From Alphaproteobacteria bacterium (GTDB taxonomy: Bacteria > Pseudomonadota > Alphaproteobacteria > UBA828), in the NCBI GenBank assembly GCA_965237415.1, contig CBDEFM010000002.1, positions 864,001-928,000 of the forward strand: DNA of 64,000 bases. Reading direction: 5' to 3'. The notes under the pieces were generated by a model that ran no database searches, was not told the origin of the DNA, and saw only the letters and a list, made by a program, of their open reading frames with translations. Positions 9,624-18,560 of the stretch are shown here, piece after piece (the first letter of the stretch is position 1; every line of letters starts with the position of its first letter). Both the position numbers and the translations under genes were made by a program.

Positions 9624-11146
9624 GGCGCCGCGCCGGTCGCGGCCCAGCGGGCGCCGATGCGCGCGTGAACAATGGCGCCGAGGCCGGCGAGGGTGTCGTC
9701 GGCCTCGGCGCGTGCGCGGGCGTCGCGCAGCCAGGGCTTGGCGATTCCAGCCTCGGCACCGGCGGGCATCAGCGCTCCGACGATGGCGATGGCGCGTCCT
9801 AGATCGCCAGCGTTGAGCGCCGTCTCGGCTTCCACCAGACGGCCGTCGAGGCTCTCGGCGTCGATCGCGCCGCCGGTGCGGCGGATCGTCACCAGCTGGC
9901 TCAGCTTGGTGACGGTTTCGTCGATCCAATCGGAATCTTCGGTCGCCGGCGTGGTCCGGACGATGGCGTTGGCGGCCTCCGGAAAGCGAGCACTGAGCCC
10001 GTCGAGCGTCGGCACACCCGTGGCGGCGAAGGGTGTGAGACGCACGAGCGCGCTTTCGATCTCCGGGTCTTCGCCGGCGATCCCGCGAAGCGCATCGAGC
10101 GCCGGCGCGAAAGGGCGGGAGGAGCCGAGGGCGGCCGAGAGCTCGCCTGTCGCCAGCACCAGCGTCACCAGGCGCCCGTCGGCGGCGGCCTGCTGCGTTG
10201 CCTCTGCCTCGAAACGTGCAAGCCGCGCGCTCACCTCGGCGAGTGCTGCCTCCAGCGCGGCCCGTTGCTCTCCCCACGCCGCGAGCGCCTGGCCGAGGGG
10301 TTCGCGCGTCGGATCGTCCTCAAGCGCCCGGACCCGCTGTTCCAGGGCGATCACCGCGGCGCCAGCGTTGATAGCGCCACGGGACCCTGTCTCCAGGACG
10401 TCAAGCCGGGCGTTGAGTGCGCCAAGCGCGTCGTCTCCGATTCGGGCCGGGGCAGGCGATTGGGTGCGCGTTTCGGGGCCGGGAACCGCTTCGGCGGGCA
10501 CTTCGGCAGTCGTCACGGCTGAGGTGTCGGGCGCCGCCAGCACCTCGTCGCGAGCGGACTCCGCTGCCGGAGTCGTCTGCGGCTCGTCGGCGGCAATCGC
10601 TGGCGTTGGCGAGGGGGGATCGGCTGCCGGCAGCGGCGACTCGGGCGCAAGGCCTTCTTGTGGAGCGGCCTCGTCGCCCTGCGGGGCAGCGACGACCGGC
10701 GCCGCCTCCTCTACGAGGCCAGTCTCGACGCCCGCCTCGGCGTCCTCGCCGGCCTCGTCCTCTGCAGTGACGACTGGAGCGCTCTCGCCGGCGACCGGAG
10801 GAGACGCAGACGCCTCTCCGCCCGTGGCGCCGGCGCCGGGCTGTTCTGCTGCGGAAGGGGTCGCCGAGGCGGAGGCGGCAGCGGCATCCGGTTCACCGCT
10901 TGTGCCCAAAATGTCGGACCCGAATTCGGACCAGGCGGCGTAGAGACCGACGCAGACGAGGGCTGCGACCAGGCCCCAGACGACTGGCAGCGGGACCCGG
11001 CGATCCTTCGGGCGATCCGCTTCGGCGTCGGGAGCGTCCGGAGCGTCCGTGCTCTCCGTCGTGTCCGCCGTCGCCGGCAACCGCCAAATCACTGCCCGCC
11101 GGCTGTCCGCCGGCGGCTCCTGGCCATCGTCCTTCGGCGCCGCCAT
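9620..11146 (-). CDS. COG4223 / mitofilin (Mic60)-like membrane protein
   Basis: TM anchor, Pro/Ala-rich linker, coiled coil, PFAATGVPTL..LSARF, LVTIRR; position between hemD and hemY. Confidence 0.8.
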   Translation of the reverse strand: MAAPKDDGQEPPADSRRAVIWRLPATADTTESTDAPDAPDAEADRPKDRRVPLPVVWGLVAALVCVGLYAAWSEFGSDILGTSGEPDAAAASASATPSAAEQPGAGATGGEASASPPVAGESAPVVTAEDEAGEDAEAGVETGLVEEAAPVVAAPQGDEAAPQEGLAPESPLPAADPPSPTPAIAADEPQTTPAAESARDEVLAAPDTSAVTTAEVPAEAVPGPETRTQSPAPARIGDDALGALNARLDVLETGSRGAINAGAAVIALEQRVRALEDDPTREPLGQALAAWGEQRAALEAALAEVSARLARFEAEATQQAAADGRLVTLVLATGELSAALGSSRPFAPALDALRGIAGEDPEIESALVRLTPFAATGVPTLDGLSARFPEAANAIVRTTPATEDSDWIDETVTKLSQLVTIRRTGGAIDAESLDGRLVEAETALNAGDLGRAIAIVGALMPAGAEAGIAKPWLRDARARAEADDTLAGLGAIVHARIGARWAATGAAP

Positions 11147-11211
11147 TCGTCTCTCGTTTCGCTTTCTGCGGCCCGTTCGGCGTCCCTTGCCCACCCTCTT
11201 CGCCCGTCGCT

Positions 11212-11952
11212 TCAATGGCCCGGCGCGAGAGCGCCGGTCACGCACGCGACGAGCGACTCCTGCCGCGGCGCGGCGGCCACGGAGACACGCTGCCATGAAA
11301 GAGTTGCTGCCGCCTCGGCCACCGCTTGGCTCAGGCAGAACGCGGTGAGTACCCGCACCGTCGAGTCGAGTCCCGACTCGCGCACGAGCTTAGCAAAGAG
11401 GCGCGCCGTGCGGGGAGAGAATAGCGCAGCGCCGGCGAGGGTTTGCGCCTCCAGGGCGCGACAGGCCGGCGGCGTAAGGGCAGGCACGGCGACCGCTTCG
11501 TAGAGCGGCACGCGCTCCGTCTCGAATCCGGCGTCTCGCAGCCGGGCCGCGAGATCGCCCGCACTGACGGTCCCGGCCACGTGGACGAGACGTCCCGAGT
11601 CGGGGCGGAGGCGGGCGGTGACGAGCGCCGCCAGTGCGTCCACGTCGCCATCCGCAGCCGTTACCGTGTCGAAGCCGGCGTCTCGGGCGGCGCACGCCGT
11701 CGCACAGCCCACCGCCAGGACCGGAAGTCGCCGCCCAGCCCGGTCGGGGTCCGCCGCCGCGAGCGACCGCGCACCGTTCGCGCTGGTGAGCAGGATCGCC
11801 TGCGCGCCTGACAGATCGAGCCGCGCGCCCTCATCGATCCGGATGGTCATCATGGGCTCGATCAGCGTCTCGACGCCATGCCGCGCCAGAACCTCCGCAA
11901 GGGCGACGGAGTCCTCGCGCGGGCGGGTCAGCAGCACTCGGGCACCGCTCAC
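11212..11952 (-). CDS. hemD: Uroporphyrinogen-III synthase
   Basis: RVLLTRPRED, LTSANG, AVGCATA, LFSPRTA. Confidence 0.9.
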   Translation of the reverse strand: MSGARVLLTRPREDSVALAEVLARHGVETLIEPMMTIRIDEGARLDLSGAQAILLTSANGARSLAAADPDRAGRRLPVLAVGCATACAARDAGFDTVTAADGDVDALAALVTARLRPDSGRLVHVAGTVSAGDLAARLRDAGFETERVPLYEAVAVPALTPPACRALEAQTLAGAALFSPRTARLFAKLVRESGLDSTVRVLTAFCLSQAVAEAAATLSWQRVSVAAAPRQESLVACVTGALAPGH

Positions 11953-12893
11953 GTATCGAACCAATCCGGCCCGCCGGCCGCGCGCAGCGCAGCGCCGGCA
12001 TCGCGGCCGATGGCGAGGGCGTCTGCGATCGCGCCGGCACGCTCGGTCCGATGGCAGGCGCTGCCGTCGGGCCGCGCGATCAGGGCATCGAGGCGAAGCC
12101 CTCCAGCATCGTCGGTCACGGCGAGGCCGGCGATCGGCATGCGGCAGGAGCCGTCGAGCACCTCGAGAAGCGCCCGCTCGCATTGGACGGCGGCGGTCGC
12201 CGCGGGATCGACGATGGGCAGCAACATCGCCTGCACCTGCTCATCGTCCGTCCGGCATTCGATGCCGAGCGCACCTTGTCCGACCGCCGGCAGCATGTCC
12301 TCGGGCGCGAGCACCGCCATCCCCACGACGTCCTCGCCGAGCCGCTTGAGGCCCGCGAGCGCCAACATCGTGGCGTCGACCACGCCATCGGCCACCTTGC
12401 GCAGCCGGGTCCCGACGTTGCCGCGCATCGGGACGATGGCGATGTCGGGACGGCGCGCGAGGAGCTGCGCCTGACGGCGGAGCGATCCAGTCCCGACCCG
12501 CGCGCCCTGCGGCAGGTCGGCGAGTCCGGCGACGCCCTGCGCCTCGCGCACGATCAGTACGTCGCGCGGGTCCTCGCGCTCCGGGATCGCGGCGATCTCC
12601 AGCCCCTCCGGCAGCCACGTCGGCACATCCTTCATCGAGTGCACGGCGAGATCGATGCGCCCGTCCAGGAGCGCCTCCTCGATCTCTTTCGTGAAGAGCC
12701 CCTTGCCGCCGATCTCGGCGAGCGGGCGGTCGACGAAGCGATCGCCCGAGGTGGCAATGACGGTGGTACGAAGCGCGCCGTTCTCGGCCAGCGCGGGATG
12801 AGCCGCCACGAGCCGGTCGCAGACGTGGCGGGTCTGGGCGATGGCGAGCGGGCTGCCCCGCGTACCGACGACTATTGGCAGGCGCACGTCCAC
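11949..12893 (-). CDS. hemC: Porphobilinogen deaminase
   Basis: GTRGSPLA, GGKGLFTKE, AVHSMKD, GTGSLRR, RGNVGTRL, GSCRMP. Confidence 0.95.
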   Translation of the reverse strand: MDVRLPIVVGTRGSPLAIAQTRHVCDRLVAAHPALAENGALRTTVIATSGDRFVDRPLAEIGGKGLFTKEIEEALLDGRIDLAVHSMKDVPTWLPEGLEIAAIPEREDPRDVLIVREAQGVAGLADLPQGARVGTGSLRRQAQLLARRPDIAIVPMRGNVGTRLRKVADGVVDATMLALAGLKRLGEDVVGMAVLAPEDMLPAVGQGALGIECRTDDEQVQAMLLPIVDPAATAAVQCERALLEVLDGSCRMPIAGLAVTDDAGGLRLDALIARPDGSACHRTERAGAIADALAIGRDAGAALRAAGGPDWFDT

Positions 12894-13017
12894 AGCACCG
12901 AATTGGGGTGGTGCGCCCCTTCTACACAGCGGGCCTCGGCGAGGCGAGCGCTTTTCCGCCGTCGGATGGGGCACCGGCCGTTGCGGTGGCAGCCCCCGCC
13001 CGCTATGTGCTTGGCCC

Positions 13018-14091
13018 ATGATCGTCCTTGGCATCGAGACGAGCTGCGACGAAACGGCGGCTGCGGTCGTGACCGGCGAGCGCAGCGTGTTGGCCGACCT
13101 CGTGCTCTCCCAATGCGCCGACCACGCGCCCTACGGCGGCGTCGTGCCGGAGATCGCGGCGCGCAGCCACGTCGAGCATCTCGACGGCCTCATCGCCCGT
13201 GCGATGGATGAGGCTGGCGTGGGCTTTGCCGACTTGGACGGCGTGGCCGCCACCGCCGGCCCCGGCCTGATCGGCGCGGTCATGGTGGGCCTCATGACCG
13301 GCAAGGCGATCGCCGCCGTCCACGACAAGCCGCTGCTCGCCGTCAACCACCTGGAGGGGCACGCGCTCAGCGCCCGGCTGATCGCCGAGGATCTCGATTT
13401 CCCCTATCTTCTGCTGCTGGTCTCGGGCGGACATTGCCAGTTGCTCCTCGTCGAGGAAGTGAACCGCTACCGGCGGCTAGGCACCACCATCGACGACGCG
13501 GTCGGCGAGGCCTTCGACAAGGCAGCGATGCTACTGGAGCTCGGCTATCCGGGCGGGCCGGCAATCGAGGGCGCGGCGCAAGACGGTGACTCGGCACGCG
13601 TCGCCCTGCCCCGGCCCCTGGCTGGCCGGCCAGGATGCGACTTCTCGTTCTCGGGGCTCAAGACGGCGCTGCTCCACGCGGTCCAGGCGTTGAGCGTGCC
13701 GTCGGATCGCGAGCGCGCCGACCTTGCCGCGTCGTTTCAGACGGCGGTCGCCGACGTGCTGGTCGACCGCACGGCGAATGCCATCGCGATGCTCCGCGAC
13801 TCGAATGTCGAGCCGACGGCACTGGTGGTCGCGGGAGGGGTCGCGGCCAACAGCGAGATCCGGCGCCGCATCGAGACGCTGGCGGAGAGCCGCGGCCTAG
13901 CCCTGCATATTCCGCCGCCCAGACTTTGCACCGACAACGCGGCGATGATCGCCTGGGCCGGAATCGAGCGGCTGACCCGAGGACTGGTCGACCCGCTCGA
14001 CGTATCGCCGCGCGCGCGCTGGCCCCTCGACGAGGACGCCGGGCTGGCCAAGGGCGCCGGCGTACCGGGGCGATTGGGGCGACGGGCCTGA
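13018..14091 (+). CDS. tsaD: tRNA t6A threonylcarbamoyltransferase
   Basis: LGIETSCDET, GGVVPEIAARSH, NHLEGH, SGGH, CTDNAAMI. Confidence 0.97.
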   Translation: MIVLGIETSCDETAAAVVTGERSVLADLVLSQCADHAPYGGVVPEIAARSHVEHLDGLIARAMDEAGVGFADLDGVAATAGPGLIGAVMVGLMTGKAIAAVHDKPLLAVNHLEGHALSARLIAEDLDFPYLLLLVSGGHCQLLLVEEVNRYRRLGTTIDDAVGEAFDKAAMLLELGYPGGPAIEGAAQDGDSARVALPRPLAGRPGCDFSFSGLKTALLHAVQALSVPSDRERADLAASFQTAVADVLVDRTANAIAMLRDSNVEPTALVVAGGVAANSEIRRRIETLAESRGLALHIPPPRLCTDNAAMIAWAGIERLTRGLVDPLDVSPRARWPLDEDAGLAKGAGVPGRLGRRA

Positions 14092-14094
14092 CGC

Positions 14095-14922
14095 CTACGA
14101 GTCGCCGGCGCAGCGAAACCCCACCATGTCGAGGCCGATATCGGGCGGGTTCTTGTGGCGGTAGCTCACCCGCAGACAGAACGGGTTGTTGCCCCAGCCG
14201 CCGCCGCGGATCACGTACTTGCCGGTATCGCCGTCGGGGCTCGCCGTCCACTCCCAGACGTTGCCGGCCATGTCGTGGAGACCGAAGGGCGAGACGCCAG
14301 CGGGATAGGAGCCGACGGGCGCGGTCTCGTGGTAGCCGTCGGTCGTGTCCGCCCCGCAGCACGTGTTGGTGCCGTAGTTCGCGCGCCGCGTGCCGCCTTC
14401 GTCCGGCGCCGCCTCGCCCCAGGGAAAAATGCGACCATCGGTGCCGCGCGCGCCAAATTCCCATTCCTCCTCGCTCGGCAGGCGGAGCCCGTGATGCCGG
14501 CAGAAGGCGCTGGCGTCATTCCAGCTCACCTGAACGACCGGGTGGTCGTCGAGGCCGATCGGGTCCGAGGCCGGACCGCTGCGATGCCGCCAATCGGCGC
14601 CCGGCACCTTGATCCAGCGGCCGGGCCAGACATAGCCGAAGCCGCGACGCTCGGGATCGGTGACATGACCGGTCTCGGCGACGAAGGCGGCGAACTGGGC
14701 GTTCGTCACCTCGAAGCGCATGAGCTGGAACGGCGCCAGCGTTACCGGCCGGGGTGCCTCGTCCGGCCGGCCGTCGGGATCGCCCGCTTCGAAGCTGCCG
14801 GGCGGGATCGCGACCATCTCGAACGGGACCTCGGCCTGGCCCACCGAAATAGGCACCGCAATCACCGACAGTGCGACCGCTGCTACGAGCAAGCCCCCGA
14901 GTCGCGCTGCTCTTTCGACCAT
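14095..14922 (-). CDS. Exported formylglycine-generating enzyme (SUMF1) family protein
   Basis: Signal peptide; HPVVQVSWNDA, RLPSEEEWE, GLHDMAGNVWEW, GFRCA. Confidence 0.88.
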   Translation of the reverse strand: MVERAARLGGLLVAAVALSVIAVPISVGQAEVPFEMVAIPPGSFEAGDPDGRPDEAPRPVTLAPFQLMRFEVTNAQFAAFVAETGHVTDPERRGFGYVWPGRWIKVPGADWRHRSGPASDPIGLDDHPVVQVSWNDASAFCRHHGLRLPSEEEWEFGARGTDGRIFPWGEAAPDEGGTRRANYGTNTCCGADTTDGYHETAPVGSYPAGVSPFGLHDMAGNVWEWTASPDGDTGKYVIRGGGWGNNPFCLRVSYRHKNPPDIGLDMVGFRCAGDS

Positions 14923-15108
14923 GCGTCCCTCCCCTCCCCCCCGCCGCGATTGGCCGGATAAGCAGCTGACCGTCTGCGGGGACGCGCCGGCCGCCGTTCC
15001 GACATAGTATCGGCACCTGCCAGCGGGCACGGAAGAGACGGTCGGCAGGGAGGACCGGGAGCCCGGCTGACCGAGTCCGCGGAGCAAGACGGCGACAGGG
15101 AGTGAAGG

Positions 15109-15975
15109 ATGGTAAGCGTTCCGATCGTTGACGCCCACGTTCATCTCTGCGACACCCGCCGCTTCCCCTACGCGTGGATGAACGACGTCCCGAAGCTCAA
15201 CAGGCCCCATTTGCCGGCCGACTTTCGTTCCGCCATCGGCAAGGCTCCCGTCGATCAAATCGTATTCGTGGAGGTCTGGGTCGATAAGCCGCATCAAATG
15301 GCCGAGGCGGAATGGGTCTCCGGATTGTTCGAATCGGTTCCGCAACTGCGGGGCATCGTTGCGTCCGTGGCTCTGGAGGAAGGTGCTCGGGTAGAAGGCG
15401 CATTGGCCGAGCTTGCGGCAATGGAACACGTGAAGGCGGTCCGCCGGCTGATCGAGTTTGAACCGGACATCGATTTCTGCCTGCAGCCGGGCTTCGTCGA
15501 AGGCGTGACGCTGCTCGCCAAGTACGACCTCAGTTTCGACATCTGCGTGAAGCATTTTCAGCTGACCAACGCCGTCGAGCTGGCGCGGCGCTGCCCCGAT
15601 GTCCGCTTCGTGCTCGATCACATCGGCAAACCGCCGATCCGAGCGGGGCAATTCGATCCCTGGCGCGACGATCTTCGCGCCCTCGCGGCCTTGCCCAATG
15701 TCTGCTGCAAGATTTCAGGCGTCGCGACCGAAGCGGATCACGACAATTGGACGCGCGAGCAGCTGCGACCGTACCTGGATCACGCCATCGATGCGTTCGG
15801 AATCGATCGCGTGATATTCGGCAGCGACTGGCCGGTTTCCGAGCTGACGCATCGTTATGAAGAGTGGGTCGATATCGTCGAGTGGGCGATGAGCGGCAGC
15901 TCGGAGAGCGAGATGAGAAAGCTGTTCCGCGACAACGCCATTGCCTTCTACCGGTTGCCGCAGATGGGTGACTGA
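15109..15975 (+). CDS. Amidohydrolase-2 family (L-fuconolactonase-like)
   Basis: VDAHVH, VLDHIGKP, CKISG, FGSDWPV. Confidence 0.88.
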   Translation: MVSVPIVDAHVHLCDTRRFPYAWMNDVPKLNRPHLPADFRSAIGKAPVDQIVFVEVWVDKPHQMAEAEWVSGLFESVPQLRGIVASVALEEGARVEGALAELAAMEHVKAVRRLIEFEPDIDFCLQPGFVEGVTLLAKYDLSFDICVKHFQLTNAVELARRCPDVRFVLDHIGKPPIRAGQFDPWRDDLRALAALPNVCCKISGVATEADHDNWTREQLRPYLDHAIDAFGIDRVIFGSDWPVSELTHRYEEWVDIVEWAMSGSSESEMRKLFRDNAIAFYRLPQMGD

Positions 15976-16117
15976 ACGGCCGGGCGCGCGGTGGGAGCGG
16001 CGCCCTGCGCACACAACCGAGACGACTACGGGATTTTCGCGACTGCTTGCCCCGCGGCACCGGCGTCCGCAACATTGAGCGCATGAGACACGGAGTCCCA
16101 GCGTCCGGTACGGAGCG

Positions 16118-17131
16118 ATGAAGCGCATCGGCGTAATCGGCGGCGGCGCATGGGGAACGGCGCTGGCAACGGTGGCGGCGCGCGCCGGCCGCGAGGTGAC
16201 GCTGTGGGCGCGCGAGACGGACGTCGTCACGGCCATCAACGAGCGTCACGAGAACCAGCGCTTCCTGCCCGGCGTCGGCCTGGACACGGCAATTCGCGCG
16301 ACGACCGATTTGAACAAGGCAGTACACGCCGATCTCCTGCTCCTGGTGACGCCGGCGCAGAATCTTGCCGCCATCGCAGCGGAGCTGGTTCAGAGCGCGG
16401 AGCACCTGCCGCCCGGTGTGGTCTGCGCCAAGGGAATCGAGCGACAGACCGGCGCGCTGATGAGCGACGCCGTGCGCCGCGTGGCGCCGGAGCTGCCGCT
16501 CGCCGTTCTCTCCGGCCCGACCTTCGCGCGCGAGGTCGCCACGGGCCTCCCCGCCGCAGTCTCCCTGGCCTGCGAGGACGCCCGCCTGGGTGCGGCGGTG
16601 GTGGACGCAATCGGCGGACCGGCCTTCCGCCCCTATCTAACCGATGATTTGATCGGCGTGCAGATCGGCGGCGCGATCAAGAACGTGATCGCCATCGCTG
16701 CGGGAATCGCCATAGGCCGGGGCCTGGGCGACAACGCGCGCGCCGCGATCATCGCGCGCGGCTTCGCCGAGCTTAAGCGGCTTGCCGGCGCCAAGGGCGC
16801 GAGAGAGGAGACCCTCGCCGGGCTCTCGGGCCTCGGCGATCTCGTGCTGACCTGCACCAGCGATCAATCGCGCAACTACACCTTCGGGTGCGCGCTCGGC
16901 CGTGGCGAGTCGCCGGCCACCGTTCTCGATGCCCGCGAGGCGGTGACCGAAGGCGTGACGAGCGCGCCGGCCATCGTGACGTTGGCGGCGACTCTCGGGG
17001 TCGAGATGCCGATTGCCGGCGCGGTGCACGCGGTGCTTCATCGGAGTGCGTCCATCGACGATGCGATCGGCGGCCTGCTCGCCCGCCCCTTCAAGCCCGA
17101 GGCCGGCGCGGGACGCGGCAACCGCTCTTAG
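16118..17131 (+). CDS. gpsA: NAD(P)H-dependent glycerol-3-phosphate dehydrogenase
   Basis: GGGAWGTALA, SGPTFA, GGAIKNVIAI, GLGDLVLTC, SRN. Confidence 0.96.
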   Translation: MKRIGVIGGGAWGTALATVAARAGREVTLWARETDVVTAINERHENQRFLPGVGLDTAIRATTDLNKAVHADLLLLVTPAQNLAAIAAELVQSAEHLPPGVVCAKGIERQTGALMSDAVRRVAPELPLAVLSGPTFAREVATGLPAAVSLACEDARLGAAVVDAIGGPAFRPYLTDDLIGVQIGGAIKNVIAIAAGIAIGRGLGDNARAAIIARGFAELKRLAGAKGAREETLAGLSGLGDLVLTCTSDQSRNYTFGCALGRGESPATVLDAREAVTEGVTSAPAIVTLAATLGVEMPIAGAVHAVLHRSASIDDAIGGLLARPFKPEAGAGRGNRS

Positions 17132-17212
17132 GTCGCTGCCGATGGTGGCTTGACAAGGCAAGGCCTTACCTTGTTTTCTCCGCTCCGCCCGCTCTTCGAG
17201 CATGGGTATCTC

Positions 17213-17299
17213 GCGGCTGTGGCGGAACTGGTAGACGCGCAGCGTTGAGGGCGCTGTGGGGGCGACCCCGTGGAGGTTCGAGTCCTCTCAGCCGCACCA
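17213..17299 (+). tRNA. tRNA-Leu(GAG)
   Basis: Cloverleaf with long variable arm, CAGCG-TTGAGGG-CGCTG, CCA end; TTGACA -35 at 17150. Confidence 0.97.
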
Positions 17300-17308
17300 T
17301 CTGACCTG

Positions 17309-17395
<87 letters not shown>

Positions 17396-17418
17396 GATGG
17401 GCGGGCAACGGCGAGCGG

Positions 17419-17637
17419 TCAGCGCTTCGGCCGTTGCTGTCCCGAGAAGAAGGCGCCGAGCATCTTGCCCGCCTCGCGCGCGGGGTCCTTGGCAGTCGCG
17501 ACCTCCGCAACCTTGTCCGCGGCCTTGTCCATCTTCCGGTCGACGGTGAGAATCGCCTGCCCCGCCTTTTTCCGCACGCGCGGATTGGCGGCGGCGCGCT
17601 TGGCCAGCGACCAGAGTACTGTGCGCAGGATAGCCAT
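17419..17637 (-). CDS. Small hypothetical protein (72 aa)
   Basis: Host-like codon usage, basic amphipathic protein. Confidence 0.55.
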   Translation of the reverse strand: MAILRTVLWSLAKRAAANPRVRKKAGQAILTVDRKMDKAADKVAEVATAKDPAREAGKMLGAFFSGQQRPKR

Positions 17638-17738
17638 GGCGCCATTCTAGCGCGTCTACCCGCCCAAGACTCAAGTTTCTCTCCCTCGACTCCGGCGCGC
17701 CGCTTGGGCACAAGGGGCGACCCCATAGAGAACCTGCG

Positions 17739-18518
17739 ATGAAGCTGCCGTCGAAGATCGTCGACATCTCCCAGCCCCTCGACAACGAGACCGTCGTGGA
17801 CCCGGACTTCATGCGGCCCTCGATCCGTTACGTGACGGGGAAGGAGAACGCGGCGCTCATGTGCGAGCTGTTCCCCGGGCTTGCCGAGGACCAGCTGCCG
17901 GGCGGCGAAGGCTGGGCGATCGAGTTCATCGAGCTCGCGACCCACAACGGCACCCACATGGACGCGCCCTACCACTACAACTCGCGCGATTCGAAGGGCA
18001 ACCGGATGCCGACGATCGACGAAATGCCGCTCGACTGGTACTTCCGGCCGGGGGTGAAGCTCGACCTTCGCCATCTCGACGACGGCTATGTCGCGATGCC
18101 CGACGACGTGAAGGCCGAGCTCAAGCGGATCGGCTACGAGCTGCAGCCCATGGACATCGTGCTGGTCAACACGCGCGCTGGCGAGAGATACGGCCACGAC
18201 GACTACATCCATTCCGGCTGCGGCGTCGGCCGCGAGGCGACCCACTATTTGACCGAGCGCGGCGTGCGTGTCACAGGCATCGATGGCTGGAGCTGGGACG
18301 CGCCCTTCTCGGCAACCCGCGAACGCTGGCTCAAGTCGCGCGATCCCAAGATCATTTGGGAGGGGCACTACGCCGGGATCGATACGCCCTATTGCCACAT
18401 GGAGAAGCTCAGGCACCTGGAGGAGCTGCCGCCCTTCGGCTTCACGGTTGCCTGCTTCCCCTGCAAGATCAAGGCGGCATCCGGCGGCTGGACCAGGGCC
18501 GTCGCGCTTTTCGACTGA
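17739..18518 (+). CDS. Cyclase / kynurenine formamidase family metal hydrolase
   Basis: THNGTHMDAPYH motif, GIDGWSWD, C-terminal RAVA. Confidence 0.9.
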   Translation: MKLPSKIVDISQPLDNETVVDPDFMRPSIRYVTGKENAALMCELFPGLAEDQLPGGEGWAIEFIELATHNGTHMDAPYHYNSRDSKGNRMPTIDEMPLDWYFRPGVKLDLRHLDDGYVAMPDDVKAELKRIGYELQPMDIVLVNTRAGERYGHDDYIHSGCGVGREATHYLTERGVRVTGIDGWSWDAPFSATRERWLKSRDPKIIWEGHYAGIDTPYCHMEKLRHLEELPPFGFTVACFPCKIKAASGGWTRAVALFD

Positions 18519-18560
18519 CGCCGCCGCACCCGCGTTCCGAAAACGCCCCCAAGAGTATCA

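Noticed and set aside
8235-10277. 680-aa HemY fusion and other N-terminally extended ORFs (14095-15651, 52819-54342, 53392-55251)
   Set aside because: Extensions overlap neighbouring genes and are low-complexity; downstream starts fit the family N-termini
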